Positions 46,980 to 56,508 of a stretch of DNA of 64,000 nucleotides are shown here, in pieces; the first letter of the stretch is position 1, and the number at the start of each line of letters is the position of its first letter. The stretch comes from a virus. Lineage: Duplodnaviria; Caudoviricetes. A program made the position numbers and the translations under genes. The notes beneath the pieces were generated by a model. It was not told where the DNA came from, ran no database searches, and was given only the letters and a program-made list of their open reading frames with translations. The DNA lies in IMG/VR virus record IMGVR_UViG_3300021124_000001, one strand, 5' to 3'.

Positions 46980-47651
46980 TTAGTAATAAGACTCAAGTTT
47001 TGGTCCTTCTTGCAATATTACATTCTTCTCGTTAACAATGTTATTATCTGTAAATCCGGTTAGGCCGCCAGTTGAATTAAGAACTTGTGTAATTCCATAC
47101 TGTAGTGCACTGTCACCAAATTTCTGTATAGAGTTGTTTTGCCAGTATCTGTAAGCGAAGACAACAGTTAATTTGTGGTGTCCATCATTAGACCAATCCA
47201 AGTCCAATTGGTTGACTGAAACTGGAAACGCATCGATCAGGTTGATGGAGTATGTTAATTTGTTATCAACACCATACTGATTGACTGTCAAGGTAGAGAT
47301 GTAATCATTTCTATAGTTGAAATCAAAAGACATTGTTGGGTTGATGTATTCCATCCATGCATCAAAGAAAATCTTCTCAGACATATCATCCGAAACAATG
47401 AATGTCATCTCAGACTCATTGTAGTTCGATTGGTAAGCATGTTTTTCGATTGGGTTTGAACCGATTTTCTGGTCTGCTGTTGCAAAGGTTCTGCTAGGTA
47501 ACTGAGCAGACTCACAGCGTAATGTCAAATTTCTACTTGTTGACAAATAGTACAACATTGGCAGCGGAGCAGGAATAGTAACATCAAACCTATTTGGTCT
47601 TGCAATATCGGTCTTAAACGAACCAAGAAAATCTGTAATACTTGATGGCAT
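46980..47651 (-). CDS. gp54: Tail tube initiator (gp54, gp19 fold)
   Basis: ARPNRFDV, CESAQLPS, FDAWM, AFPVSV..LDLDWS and FAYRYW motifs. Confidence 0.75.
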   Translation of the reverse strand: MPSSITDFLGSFKTDIARPNRFDVTIPAPLPMLYYLSTSRNLTLRCESAQLPSRTFATADQKIGSNPIEKHAYQSNYNESEMTFIVSDDMSEKIFFDAWMEYINPTMSFDFNYRNDYISTLTVNQYGVDNKLTYSINLIDAFPVSVNQLDLDWSNDGHHKLTVVFAYRYWQNNSIQKFGDSALQYGITQVLNSTGGLTGFTDNNIVNEKNVILQEGPKLESYY

Positions 47652-47653
47652 TT

Positions 47654-48277
47654 TTATTCTTCTGAGTTAAAGTGTTTCATGTGATCTTTCCACTCCAATA
47701 CCGAATCTCTCCACACTTTTTGTGGTTTTGCACCTCTAAATTGCTGTATTGGTAACATTGTTGCCACATCCCACTCATTCGGTTGGATTGTCAACATTCT
47801 GGAACGAACATGATTAAACAGGTATCGTTTCAGACAAGGCCTAAACTCCGCATACTTCTTGGATGCTTCCAGGATGTCGTAGGATATTCTCATACGTCTA
47901 ATGTCGTTCTCTGCTGTCAACTGTGCATATTTCATCAGTTTGGACAAGAACGCAATACGGAACTTGACTGGTAAATAGTGCAGATTCAGACCCATGAAAC
48001 CATCATTATATCTTTCCAAAATCAAAACCATTGGGAATCTATCCCAATATGGCATGTCTGCCTTGGTTTTAGGATCATAATAGAAACAATACATCATTCC
48101 AATACGAAACTGGGATGTCTGTCTAAATGTTTCTTTATTGATTGTAGATGGTATTGTTGACGGCCTTTTGATCTCGTCAATCTTTTCCTGCAACCAAGCC
48201 ACAGCATCACGAGACATAGTTTTATGTCCTGCCGCCGCTTTTTGTTCTGCTAGTGAGGTGAGTTTGGATGTGGTCAT
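47654..48277 (-). CDS. gp2: DNA end protector gp2
   Basis: YDPKTK..PYWDRFP, GLNLHYLP and CLKRYL motifs. Confidence 0.9.
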   Translation of the reverse strand: MTTSKLTSLAEQKAAAGHKTMSRDAVAWLQEKIDEIKRPSTIPSTINKETFRQTSQFRIGMMYCFYYDPKTKADMPYWDRFPMVLILERYNDGFMGLNLHYLPVKFRIAFLSKLMKYAQLTAENDIRRMRISYDILEASKKYAEFRPCLKRYLFNHVRSRMLTIQPNEWDVATMLPIQQFRGAKPQKVWRDSVLEWKDHMKHFNSEE

Positions 48278-48282
48278 TTCTT

Positions 48283-48348
48283 TATAAATAAGTGTGTATC
48301 GCCGGTGGTCAGACCGCATACACCCTAACACGAAAGAACCGTATCAGT
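48283..48348 (+). promoter_or_regulatory. Late promoter plus two-hairpin leader, copy 6
   Basis: TATAAATA; GUGUAU-CGC-CGGU...ACCG-C-AUACAC; 3' half near-identical to copy 5. Confidence 0.8.
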
Positions 48349-48798
48349 ATGATTATTTATAAGCTATCTCAAAAAGAATTTGATTCTTTAAATTTATCAC
48401 TTTCCAAAGCATTCGATGTCGCATACCAAGAAATGAACGTTGGTGACCAAATTTTTGAAACTTCATCAGTTCCATCCAGTAACTGCATATTGAGAGGCGA
48501 ATCTAGTCCTAGGTGGCGTAAAAAACATTCAGAAGAATCTAAGAAAAAAATGGCGGCCGCAAGATTAGGCAAAAAAGCCACCGATGAAACAAGAAAGAAG
48601 ATGAGTTTAGCTCAATTGGGTAAAAAACAAAGGCCTGAATCTATAGTAAAAATGTTGGAAACTAGAAAAGGTAAACCGGCAGGCATGAAAGGTAAAAAGA
48701 AAATAACTACAGTTTGTCCACACTGTGGTCTAATAGGTGCTAGAAGCTCACTGAAAAGGTATCATTTCGACAACTGCAAATCTTTAAGAAATTCCTAG
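48349..48798 (+). CDS. NUMOD3/Zn-finger protein with no recognisable nuclease domain
   Basis: HSEESKKKM, TDETRKKMS, CPHCG...RYHFDNC; N-terminal LSKAFDVAY module. Confidence 0.72.
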   Translation: MIIYKLSQKEFDSLNLSLSKAFDVAYQEMNVGDQIFETSSVPSSNCILRGESSPRWRKKHSEESKKKMAAARLGKKATDETRKKMSLAQLGKKQRPESIVKMLETRKGKPAGMKGKKKITTVCPHCGLIGARSSLKRYHFDNCKSLRNS

Positions 48799-49221
48799 TT
48801 CTTTTTCTGTCCATATCTGAAATTCCCATCCTCTATCTAGACAAAATTCCTTTGCGGCAGACCATTTGGCTTGATTTACTCCCCAAGTCATCACCTCATT
48901 TAGATACTGTTTGGTCTTTCTTTTGCGCTGAGTGGGTTCTTTTGTTTGTTTAAGTGGCTTAACTTCAATTAGCATAGTTTTTAATTTATTATCTTTTGTT
49001 CTATATTTCACCAGAAAATCAGGAAAGTAGCGGTGTTTTCTACCATCAACAGGAGATATATAAGGAATGACTAGTTCCTCTGACGCCCATGAAATTATAT
49101 AAGGCTCTTTATCGAGATGTGTCATAACCTTCGCTTCCCAGGTTGAGCGATAAATAATGTTAGTATAGTCACCCACATACTTTTGTGGATTCTTGGGGAT
49201 AAATCTTCCAGAATAAGCCAT
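48784..49221 (-). CDS. gp4: Head completion nuclease gp4
   Basis: MAYSGRF.PKNP.KY.GD, YRSTWE, YFPDF, EVKP and NQAKW motifs. Confidence 0.92.
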   Translation of the reverse strand: MAYSGRFIPKNPQKYVGDYTNIIYRSTWEAKVMTHLDKEPYIISWASEELVIPYISPVDGRKHRYFPDFLVKYRTKDNKLKTMLIEVKPLKQTKEPTQRKRKTKQYLNEVMTWGVNQAKWSAAKEFCLDRGWEFQIWTEKELGIS

Positions 49222-49253
49222 AAATATATGTATAATCTTTTTTAGAGAACTAA

Positions 49254-50423
49254 ATGGCATCCATATCAATTCCAACATCCGTAGGTGGTGTAGCACTTCC
49301 AGGCAAACTAGGTAGCGTGGCCAGCGGACCATTGGCAGCATTGTATGGCAGCAAAGCACTCACAACACTAAATTATCCTACAGAGTTGTCTACGGATGCC
49401 ACAAAATCACATTACGTGACATTTGCCATAAAGCAGGTCGTTCCTGCGACTTATGAGGGTGCAGTTAAAAGTGGTCCTAATTTGACATTAATTAATGGTA
49501 ATAGATTAGGTGATGCAATTAGACAAGCGGCTAACACAGAAATTGGTAAAGCTATCGTTAACGGCATAAACACAGTGGCCGGAAGCGTATCTCCTGAGTT
49601 ATCGAACTTGGGAGGAACAACAATACAGGGAATTGCTACAGGTTTTGAAGAAGGCATAGCCATCAAACCATCTGTTGTAAATTTAGGTGCAGTTATCTCT
49701 TTGTATATGCCAGATAGCCTAGTTGCACAATATAATGCACAGTATAATGAAGTTAACTTGACTGATGAATTAGGTTCAACAATCAACACACTCAGAGCAA
49801 TCGATCAATTGGCAGGTAAGGGCATCGATGCCGCATCAGGTGGTGGTGTAGATGTGCAGACAGCAAAAAAAGTTTGGGGTTCTATTTCTACAGACCCGGC
49901 AGCCATTGGGCTGATTACAAATACTATAAGTGGTAAGTTTGGAACAGGTGCAGAACTCGGTAATATATTACTACAAGGCCAAGGTTATGCTGTCAACCCA
50001 CAAGTACAAATGTTGTACAAAGGTTTAGGCATGAGAAGTTTCTCTTTGTCTTTTGTTTTTAGCCCAAAGTCACAACAAGAAGCAAAAACTGTCAACGAGA
50101 TCATTCACACCTTTAAATTCCATGCGGCACCAACACTCACATCTGGTGCAACAGTATCGAGCCAAAGCATGTATTTGATTCCTCCTTCTCTATTTTCTAT
50201 TTCTTTTATGTCTAAAGGAAAAGAAAATACATTCTTGCCGAAGTATGCAGATTGTGTGCTTGAGGGAATCGATGTTAACTTTGCTCCAAATGGCTTTGCG
50301 GCTCACACTGATGGTGCACCAGTACAAACAACACTAACATTACAATTTAGAGAAACTGAAATTGTTGATAGAGCAAGACTACAAAAAGGTTTCAACAATA
50401 GCGATGCTACAGGCCTAAGATAA
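49254..50423 (+). CDS. gp48: Baseplate tail-tube cap gp48
   Basis: LYMPD, NP..MLYKG..RSFS..F.PKS..EA, LQFRETE. Confidence 0.85.
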   Translation: MASISIPTSVGGVALPGKLGSVASGPLAALYGSKALTTLNYPTELSTDATKSHYVTFAIKQVVPATYEGAVKSGPNLTLINGNRLGDAIRQAANTEIGKAIVNGINTVAGSVSPELSNLGGTTIQGIATGFEEGIAIKPSVVNLGAVISLYMPDSLVAQYNAQYNEVNLTDELGSTINTLRAIDQLAGKGIDAASGGGVDVQTAKKVWGSISTDPAAIGLITNTISGKFGTGAELGNILLQGQGYAVNPQVQMLYKGLGMRSFSLSFVFSPKSQQEAKTVNEIIHTFKFHAAPTLTSGATVSSQSMYLIPPSLFSISFMSKGKENTFLPKYADCVLEGIDVNFAPNGFAAHTDGAPVQTTLTLQFRETEIVDRARLQKGFNNSDATGLR

Positions 50424-51082
50424 TGAAATACTTTCAAAGTTTTCCACAGATAGCAACAATAGACTACGTAGGAAACAACGTAGTTCTAACAAACATCATG
50501 TTGCGTTCCGAGATTGTTCCAAGTCTATTGAACAATCCATTGTTGTTTTATAGCTATGACATCCAAGAAGGTGATACACCAGAGATCATTGCTGAGAAGT
50601 ATTATGGTGATTCTTATCGTTACTGGATTGTCTTGTTCGCAAATCAAATCATTGATCCACAATGGAATTGGCCAATGAGTCCAAATCTATTCCAAGATTA
50701 CATTGTTGACAAGTATACACCTGCAACAGCAAATGCATTACACATTTCTGCAAATACGGTAACACCATCTCAAGTTATGGCCTATACTCAGGGCACAATA
50801 CAAAACTATGTTAAGTCTGTAACTGTATCTGATAACCTTTCACAGACACCAAACACCACAATTTATATAATTGATTCTGCCGCATATGCTAATGTTCCAG
50901 TAAACACAAGTCAGGCTTCTTTCCCTGGTGGTGCAGTCGTATCACAAGTGACAAACAAGTACACACAGTCAATTTATGATTATGAGTTGCAACAGAATGA
51001 AGCTAAACGCAACATTAGTTTGGTGAATTCGATTTATGTTTCACAATTTGAAAAACAATTTACTTCTCTAATGAGTCAATAA
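50423..51082 (+). CDS. gp53: Baseplate wedge gp53
   Basis: YFQSFP, LysM-like GDTPEIIAEKYYGD..YWIV, YE...NEAKR.I. Confidence 0.9.
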   Translation: MKYFQSFPQIATIDYVGNNVVLTNIMLRSEIVPSLLNNPLLFYSYDIQEGDTPEIIAEKYYGDSYRYWIVLFANQIIDPQWNWPMSPNLFQDYIVDKYTPATANALHISANTVTPSQVMAYTQGTIQNYVKSVTVSDNLSQTPNTTIYIIDSAAYANVPVNTSQASFPGGAVVSQVTNKYTQSIYDYELQQNEAKRNISLVNSIYVSQFEKQFTSLMSQ

Positions 51083-52443
51083 TGGCGGATACACAGTTAC
51101 CTAAACCAGGTATAGTTTATCCTAATGACTATACCTTAATAAATTTGACATTACTGACAGCAGTTAGTGCATTTGATGTTAAGAACATTATGGTTGAACT
51201 GTCTTATAACGAAGACTTGTTCACCAGTACAGCATCTGGTTATCTAATGTTGGTTGATGCTACCGGTTATATTGAGAAGTTACACATGAACGGCAACGAG
51301 TTCATTAGAATGACATTTGGTAAAGTAGATGATACAACAAACATCATTGATAAGATATTTCGTGTGTTCAAGGTAGCAAAACGTACACCTGAGAATGAAG
51401 GTAACACAGAAACCTATTCATTATACTTTTGTTCTGAAGAATTGATTCTATCAGAACAGTATAAAATTAGCAAGTCATACAAAGCACAAGACATAACATC
51501 AAACGTAAAAAATATTCTAAAAGATTATCTAAAAGTGCCTGACAACAAACTTGGTGTGTTTGAGCAGACTTTTGGTGTATATGATTTTATTGTTCCAAAC
51601 TTAAAACCTTTCGATGCTATCAATTGGATGTCAACATATGCTAGACCAGATAGCACAAAGTATGGTTCCGATTTATTGTTCTATGAAGATAAGTTTGGTT
51701 ATAATTTCAGATCAATTCAATCTTTGATTGGTCAGACTGTCTATAATGCATACAGTTTTAATCCAAAGAACGTTAATCAACAAACACAGACAATAACACA
51801 AAGAGTTTACAATGCGTTGACGTATGAGATATTGGATTCTTATGACACTTTAGGAGCCATCAACTCTGGTGTCTTTGCAAACCAATTGATCTCGGTTGAT
51901 CCTTTGTTACGCAGATATAGAATAACAAACTTTGATTATGGTAACTATTCCAAGACAGCAAAGACGTTGAATGGAAATCCCATAACAAACAACATGAAGA
52001 ATAGGTTTAGTGATAACCTTAATCAAACATCACAGGCTGTGTTGAAGTTGGTATTTTCAAATTACAATCAGACAGATTCAAGTTACGTTAAAACTAACGG
52101 TGGTGTTGCACACGACATCTTTGCTGAGACTTATATCCCTTATCGTTCAGCACAGTTGCCACTATTGAACTATACAAGAATTAAGATTTCTGTGCCCGGA
52201 GATCCAGGTTTAACTGTTGGTCGTGTTATAACATTCAACTTGTTATCTAAAGATCCAGATAAAAAAGAACCTGATGATTTTTATTCTGGCAATTACTTGA
52301 TTACAGCAGTTAGACACATGTTAACAGTACATGAATATAGAACCGTTCTTGAATTGGCTAAAGAAAGCACAACAACATTGTATGCGGCCGTTGATAATAA
52401 TTCACAGATTTGGGGTAATACTGTGAAAGGAATTACAAAATGA
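51082..52443 (+). CDS. Baseplate hub protein (gp27-like)
   Basis: Position before gp5; FYE...YNFRS, VPGD..LTVG and SGNYLITAVRH motifs. Confidence 0.75.
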   Translation: MADTQLPKPGIVYPNDYTLINLTLLTAVSAFDVKNIMVELSYNEDLFTSTASGYLMLVDATGYIEKLHMNGNEFIRMTFGKVDDTTNIIDKIFRVFKVAKRTPENEGNTETYSLYFCSEELILSEQYKISKSYKAQDITSNVKNILKDYLKVPDNKLGVFEQTFGVYDFIVPNLKPFDAINWMSTYARPDSTKYGSDLLFYEDKFGYNFRSIQSLIGQTVYNAYSFNPKNVNQQTQTITQRVYNALTYEILDSYDTLGAINSGVFANQLISVDPLLRRYRITNFDYGNYSKTAKTLNGNPITNNMKNRFSDNLNQTSQAVLKLVFSNYNQTDSSYVKTNGGVAHDIFAETYIPYRSAQLPLLNYTRIKISVPGDPGLTVGRVITFNLLSKDPDKKEPDDFYSGNYLITAVRHMLTVHEYRTVLELAKESTTTLYAAVDNNSQIWGNTVKGITK

Positions 52444-53420
52444 CAAAAATGGTTAATAACTTTGCCGGTTTAAATGGTTGTGTTTGGTGGATGGGTGTGG
52501 TTGAAAATCGCATAGATCCATTAAAATTAGGTAGATGCCAAATTAGAATTTTTGGTTGGCATACAGACAATAAACAACTAATTCCTTGTGAAGATTTACC
52601 TTGGGTTGCACCAATTCTGTCCGGTAACACAACACAAACACATAAAACACCAAGAGAAGGTGATTATGTTGTCGGCTTGTTTATGGACTCAGAATCAGGC
52701 CAATTTCCTTTCTATTTTGGTGTTATTCCTGGCATTCCAGTTACTGGACCAATTCAAGGAGCTGGCTTTTCAGACCCAAGGACACCAGAACAATTAGCTA
52801 AAGCACCTGTACCTTTTGGTGGAACGGCAAGTTTGTATCCAAATTTATTAAATGAACCGACAACCAGCCGTTTATACCGAAACGAAAAGATCCAAGAAAC
52901 AATTATCGCTAGAGAAGATGCAGACCTCACCACCAATGTGAACACTGCGGATGGATCATCCTGGTCACAACCAAAGTCAGCATATGCGGCAGTTCAACCA
53001 TACAACCAAGTAACCGAAACTGAATCTGGACATGTGTTTGAGATGGATGACACCAAAGGTGCTGAAAGAATACATTTGGCGCATAGAATGGGTACTTTCA
53101 CTGAAATTCATCCAGATGGATCAAAAGTGACAAAGATTGTTGCTGATAACTATGAAATTGTGGCAGGAACAAACTTCGTTAGTATTTCTGGGAATTGCAA
53201 TTTGACTGTAAATGGAAATGTTACCTTAAATACTACAGGAAAAGTTATAGCAAAAGCATCCGAATTCGATTTAACTGGAAACTTAAATGTTGCCGGAGAT
53301 GTTACAGTTACTGGTTCTATTAATGCAACAGGTGATGTGGTAGGAAGTGGCATCAGTCTTGATAATCACATACACACAGGAGTAAAAGTTGGCACCGATA
53401 CTACTGGCAAACCAAGATAA
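52440..53420 (+). CDS. gp5: Baseplate central spike gp5, no lysozyme domain
   Basis: OB fold GVVENRIDPLKLGR, TESGHVFEMDDT..AERI, beta-helix, terminal HIH. Confidence 0.88.
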   Translation: MTKMVNNFAGLNGCVWWMGVVENRIDPLKLGRCQIRIFGWHTDNKQLIPCEDLPWVAPILSGNTTQTHKTPREGDYVVGLFMDSESGQFPFYFGVIPGIPVTGPIQGAGFSDPRTPEQLAKAPVPFGGTASLYPNLLNEPTTSRLYRNEKIQETIIAREDADLTTNVNTADGSSWSQPKSAYAAVQPYNQVTETESGHVFEMDDTKGAERIHLAHRMGTFTEIHPDGSKVTKIVADNYEIVAGTNFVSISGNCNLTVNGNVTLNTTGKVIAKASEFDLTGNLNVAGDVTVTGSINATGDVVGSGISLDNHIHTGVKVGTDTTGKPR

Positions 53421-53427
53421 ATAGAAG

Positions 53428-53820
53428 ATGGCAAAATTAAACAGAATCTACGCAGACATCGACTTAACCTTTAACCGTGTGCCGGTTTCGGGGGATATTG
53501 CTTTGCGTTATGATGACCAGTCGGTGATTGCATCAGTAAGAAATTTGCTATTGACAAACTTCTATGATAGACCATTTCAACCAAACCTTGGTTCAAACAT
53601 CAATGCTATTTTGTTTGAACCGACCACAAGCCTGACAGCAGGTATTTTAGAAACAGAAATACGAAATGTCATCACCAACTATGAGCCAAGGGTGCAAATC
53701 AACTCTTTGACTGTAAATCCAAACACAGACGGCAATACATTTTTGATTGATTTATCTTTCTACATTGGTAATAACACATCACCTACAGCGGTTAATTTAA
53801 TTCTACAGAGGTCCAGATAA
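53428..53820 (+). CDS. gp25: Baseplate wedge gp25
   Basis: SVRNLLLT...RPFQPNLGS...YEPRV. Confidence 0.92.
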   Translation: MAKLNRIYADIDLTFNRVPVSGDIALRYDDQSVIASVRNLLLTNFYDRPFQPNLGSNINAILFEPTTSLTAGILETEIRNVITNYEPRVQINSLTVNPNTDGNTFLIDLSFYIGNNTSPTAVNLILQRSR

Positions 53821-54437
53821 TGTATTACATATATGCATATCTTAGAGAAGATGGGTCTCCTTATTACATAGGAAAAGGTAAAGGTCGGAGAGCTTGGAAC
53901 AAAGACCATAATGTAAAATTACCAAAAGACCTATCAAGAATTATTATAATGGAAAAAAAACTAACCGAGCTTGGTGCTCTAGCTTTGGAGAGATTCTACA
54001 TAAGGTGGTATGGACGTAAAGATAATAATACCGGTATATTGAGAAATCTGACAGATGGTGGTGAAGGTTTGATTAATCCATCATCAGAAACCAAAGAAAA
54101 AATAAGTCTTAAAACCACAGGAAATAAATCTAGAACCGGTTTATCACACACATTAGAAACTAAAGAAAAAATTGGCAAATCAAATAGTGGAGAGAATAGC
54201 CATTTTTATGGAAAAATTTCTTGGAATCACGGTCAAAAAACACGTATTGAAACAAGAGAAAAACAATCAAAAAAAAGAAAAATGCGTGATGATGTGAGTG
54301 AACTTGCGGGTCGTGCAGGAAAAATAAGTCAAGAAAAATATAAAACAGACACAAATCGTCAAAAAGCTCACCAAGAACGTATGAAACTTTGGTGGAAAAA
54401 CAGAAAAGAACAGGTGCTCCAAAATGTCCAACTCTAA
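53820..54437 (+). CDS. Free-standing GIY-YIG homing endonuclease, sense orientation, no hairpin leader
   Basis: [18 protein letters not shown]...[10 protein letters not shown]; TAATG-coupled to gp25. Confidence 0.85.
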   Translation: MYYIYAYLREDGSPYYIGKGKGRRAWNKDHNVKLPKDLSRIIIMEKKLTELGALALERFYIRWYGRKDNNTGILRNLTDGGEGLINPSSETKEKISLKTTGNKSRTGLSHTLETKEKIGKSNSGENSHFYGKISWNHGQKTRIETREKQSKKRKMRDDVSELAGRAGKISQEKYKTDTNRQKAHQERMKLWWKNRKEQVLQNVQL

Positions 54438-56505
54438 TACAAATATTCAAGTTGCTAATTTAGATTTTGGTGACATCAAGAAAAATTTCATAAGTTATTT
54501 GCAATCACAGGACACCTTTAAAGACTATAACTTTTCAGGTTCTGCAATGTCCACTCTGTTGGATGTATTGACCTATAATACGCAATACAATGCTTATTAT
54601 TTGAACATGGTTGCAAATGAGATGTTCTTAGACTCAGCAATACAACGTTCTTCGGTTGTGTCACATGCAAAGCTAATGAACTATGTGCCACAATCTGCTG
54701 TGGCTCCTGTTGCACAGATCAATCTTTCTTTCAGTGGAATTACAACCACAAACTTTACTATTCCAAAGTATACAAACTTTATTTCAGGTGTTATGCCTGA
54801 TGGTACACACTATCCATATGTGACAACAGACACATATACTGTAGGTGTTACAGCAAATACTGCCACATTTGCGGGTGTGGAGCTAAAGCAAGGTACTGTT
54901 GCAACTTACACCTATACTGTAGATTCAACATCAAATCCTCAATATTTGTTTGAGATACCTGATGCTGGTATCGATACATCAACTTTGGTTGTTAGAGTCC
55001 AACAATCATCGTCAAACTCATCATATCAAATCTTTAGTCCTACCACAGACTATTTGAGCTTAACACCAACAGATACCGTATATTTCTTACAAGAGGCTGT
55101 CGATGGCAACTACCAAATCTATTTTGGTGACGGCGTATTGGGCCAACAGTTGTCTGATGGTAACATTGTTATTGTCAATTACATCTCCACAAAAGGAACT
55201 GCTGGTGGTTTAGCAGATAGTTTCCAATTGATGGACAATTTAGGCAATCCAAATCAACCAACAGTAACAACTTATCAAGCGGCTACTCAAGGTAAAGATA
55301 AAGAATCAATCGATTCTATCAAATTCCAGGCTCCAAAAGCGTTTGCTTCACAAGGCCGTGCAGTCAGCAAGAACGATTATATCAACATCATTCAGCAAAA
55401 TAATATTGGTGTCCAGTTTGATGCTGTATCGGTTTGGGGTGGTGAAGAAAACAATCCTCCTGTATATGGCCAAGTGTATATTGCATTGAAACCAACTGGT
55501 GGTTATAGTTTGACACCAACACAGAAACAATTATTGATTAGTGAAGTCATTAAACCAATCAGCGTTATGACTGTTGAGCCAATTATTGTTGATCCCGATT
55601 ACACATACATGCAAATAACCGCAAATGTGTTGTATACACCTTCAATGACAACCTTGACTTCTAGTTCATTGCAAACAACAATACAGAACGCAATATACAA
55701 TTATTCTTCAACAAACTTGAACACATTCAACTCTACTTTCAGTTCTTATGATCTGTTGAGTGCTATCAATTCGTCCGATAGGTCAATCATATCTTCAGAA
55801 TTTACAGTTAATTTACAAAAGAAGTTTTACCCAACACTTGGTACTCCAACAACATATACATTAAATTATAATGTTCCATTGAAACGAGGAACATTTGGTT
55901 CAGGTATAACAAGTTATCCTGGTTTCACAACAACAGACCCAGCAAATCCAACAAATACACTACTTAATGTATACTTTGAAGAAATTCCTGTTTTCACAAG
56001 CAACGTTTCTTCAATTTCTGTTGTCAATACTGGCTATAGTTACTCAGCAACACCAACAATAACGATTACAGGTGATGGAACTGGTGCAACTGCAACAGCC
56101 GTACTTGTGAATGGTCGTGTAACGAGTGTCACTGTAACGAATGGTGGAACAGGCTATTCTGGTGCAGTAGCAACAGTTACGCCTGCCATTGGTGATACTA
56201 CAGGCCAAGGTGCTCAATTAGAAGTTGTATTGTTCAACCAATATGGAACTTTGAAGACTTATTATAACGATCCTGTCAAAGGACAAGTTACAGTTAATAA
56301 TAATGCTGGAACAGTTGACTACATAAATGGAATTGTTACATTGAATAATTTTAATCCAATTGATGTGAATAATCCATTGGGTGAACTGGCACTTTCTGTA
56401 CAGCCAACAACAAACATCATTTCTTCAACATACAACAAGATCATCACTATCGATCCATATGATCCAAGTGCTGTAGCAGTAACGGTTAATGCAAAAAGAA
56501 GTTAA
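54424..56505 (+). CDS. gp6: Baseplate wedge gp6
   Basis: [34 protein letters not shown] and WGGE motifs. Confidence 0.93.
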   Translation: MSNSNTNIQVANLDFGDIKKNFISYLQSQDTFKDYNFSGSAMSTLLDVLTYNTQYNAYYLNMVANEMFLDSAIQRSSVVSHAKLMNYVPQSAVAPVAQINLSFSGITTTNFTIPKYTNFISGVMPDGTHYPYVTTDTYTVGVTANTATFAGVELKQGTVATYTYTVDSTSNPQYLFEIPDAGIDTSTLVVRVQQSSSNSSYQIFSPTTDYLSLTPTDTVYFLQEAVDGNYQIYFGDGVLGQQLSDGNIVIVNYISTKGTAGGLADSFQLMDNLGNPNQPTVTTYQAATQGKDKESIDSIKFQAPKAFASQGRAVSKNDYINIIQQNNIGVQFDAVSVWGGEENNPPVYGQVYIALKPTGGYSLTPTQKQLLISEVIKPISVMTVEPIIVDPDYTYMQITANVLYTPSMTTLTSSSLQTTIQNAIYNYSSTNLNTFNSTFSSYDLLSAINSSDRSIISSEFTVNLQKKFYPTLGTPTTYTLNYNVPLKRGTFGSGITSYPGFTTTDPANPTNTLLNVYFEEIPVFTSNVSSISVVNTGYSYSATPTITITGDGTGATATAVLVNGRVTSVTVTNGGTGYSGAVATVTPAIGDTTGQGAQLEVVLFNQYGTLKTYYNDPVKGQVTVNNNAGTVDYINGIVTLNNFNPIDVNNPLGELALSVQPTTNIISSTYNKIITIDPYDPSAVAVTVNAKRS

Positions 56506-56508
56506 TAA

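Noticed and set aside
39615-54437. Group I introns hosting the endonucleases
   Set aside because: Flanking genes appear complete, most endonucleases are antisense, and there is no room for an intron core
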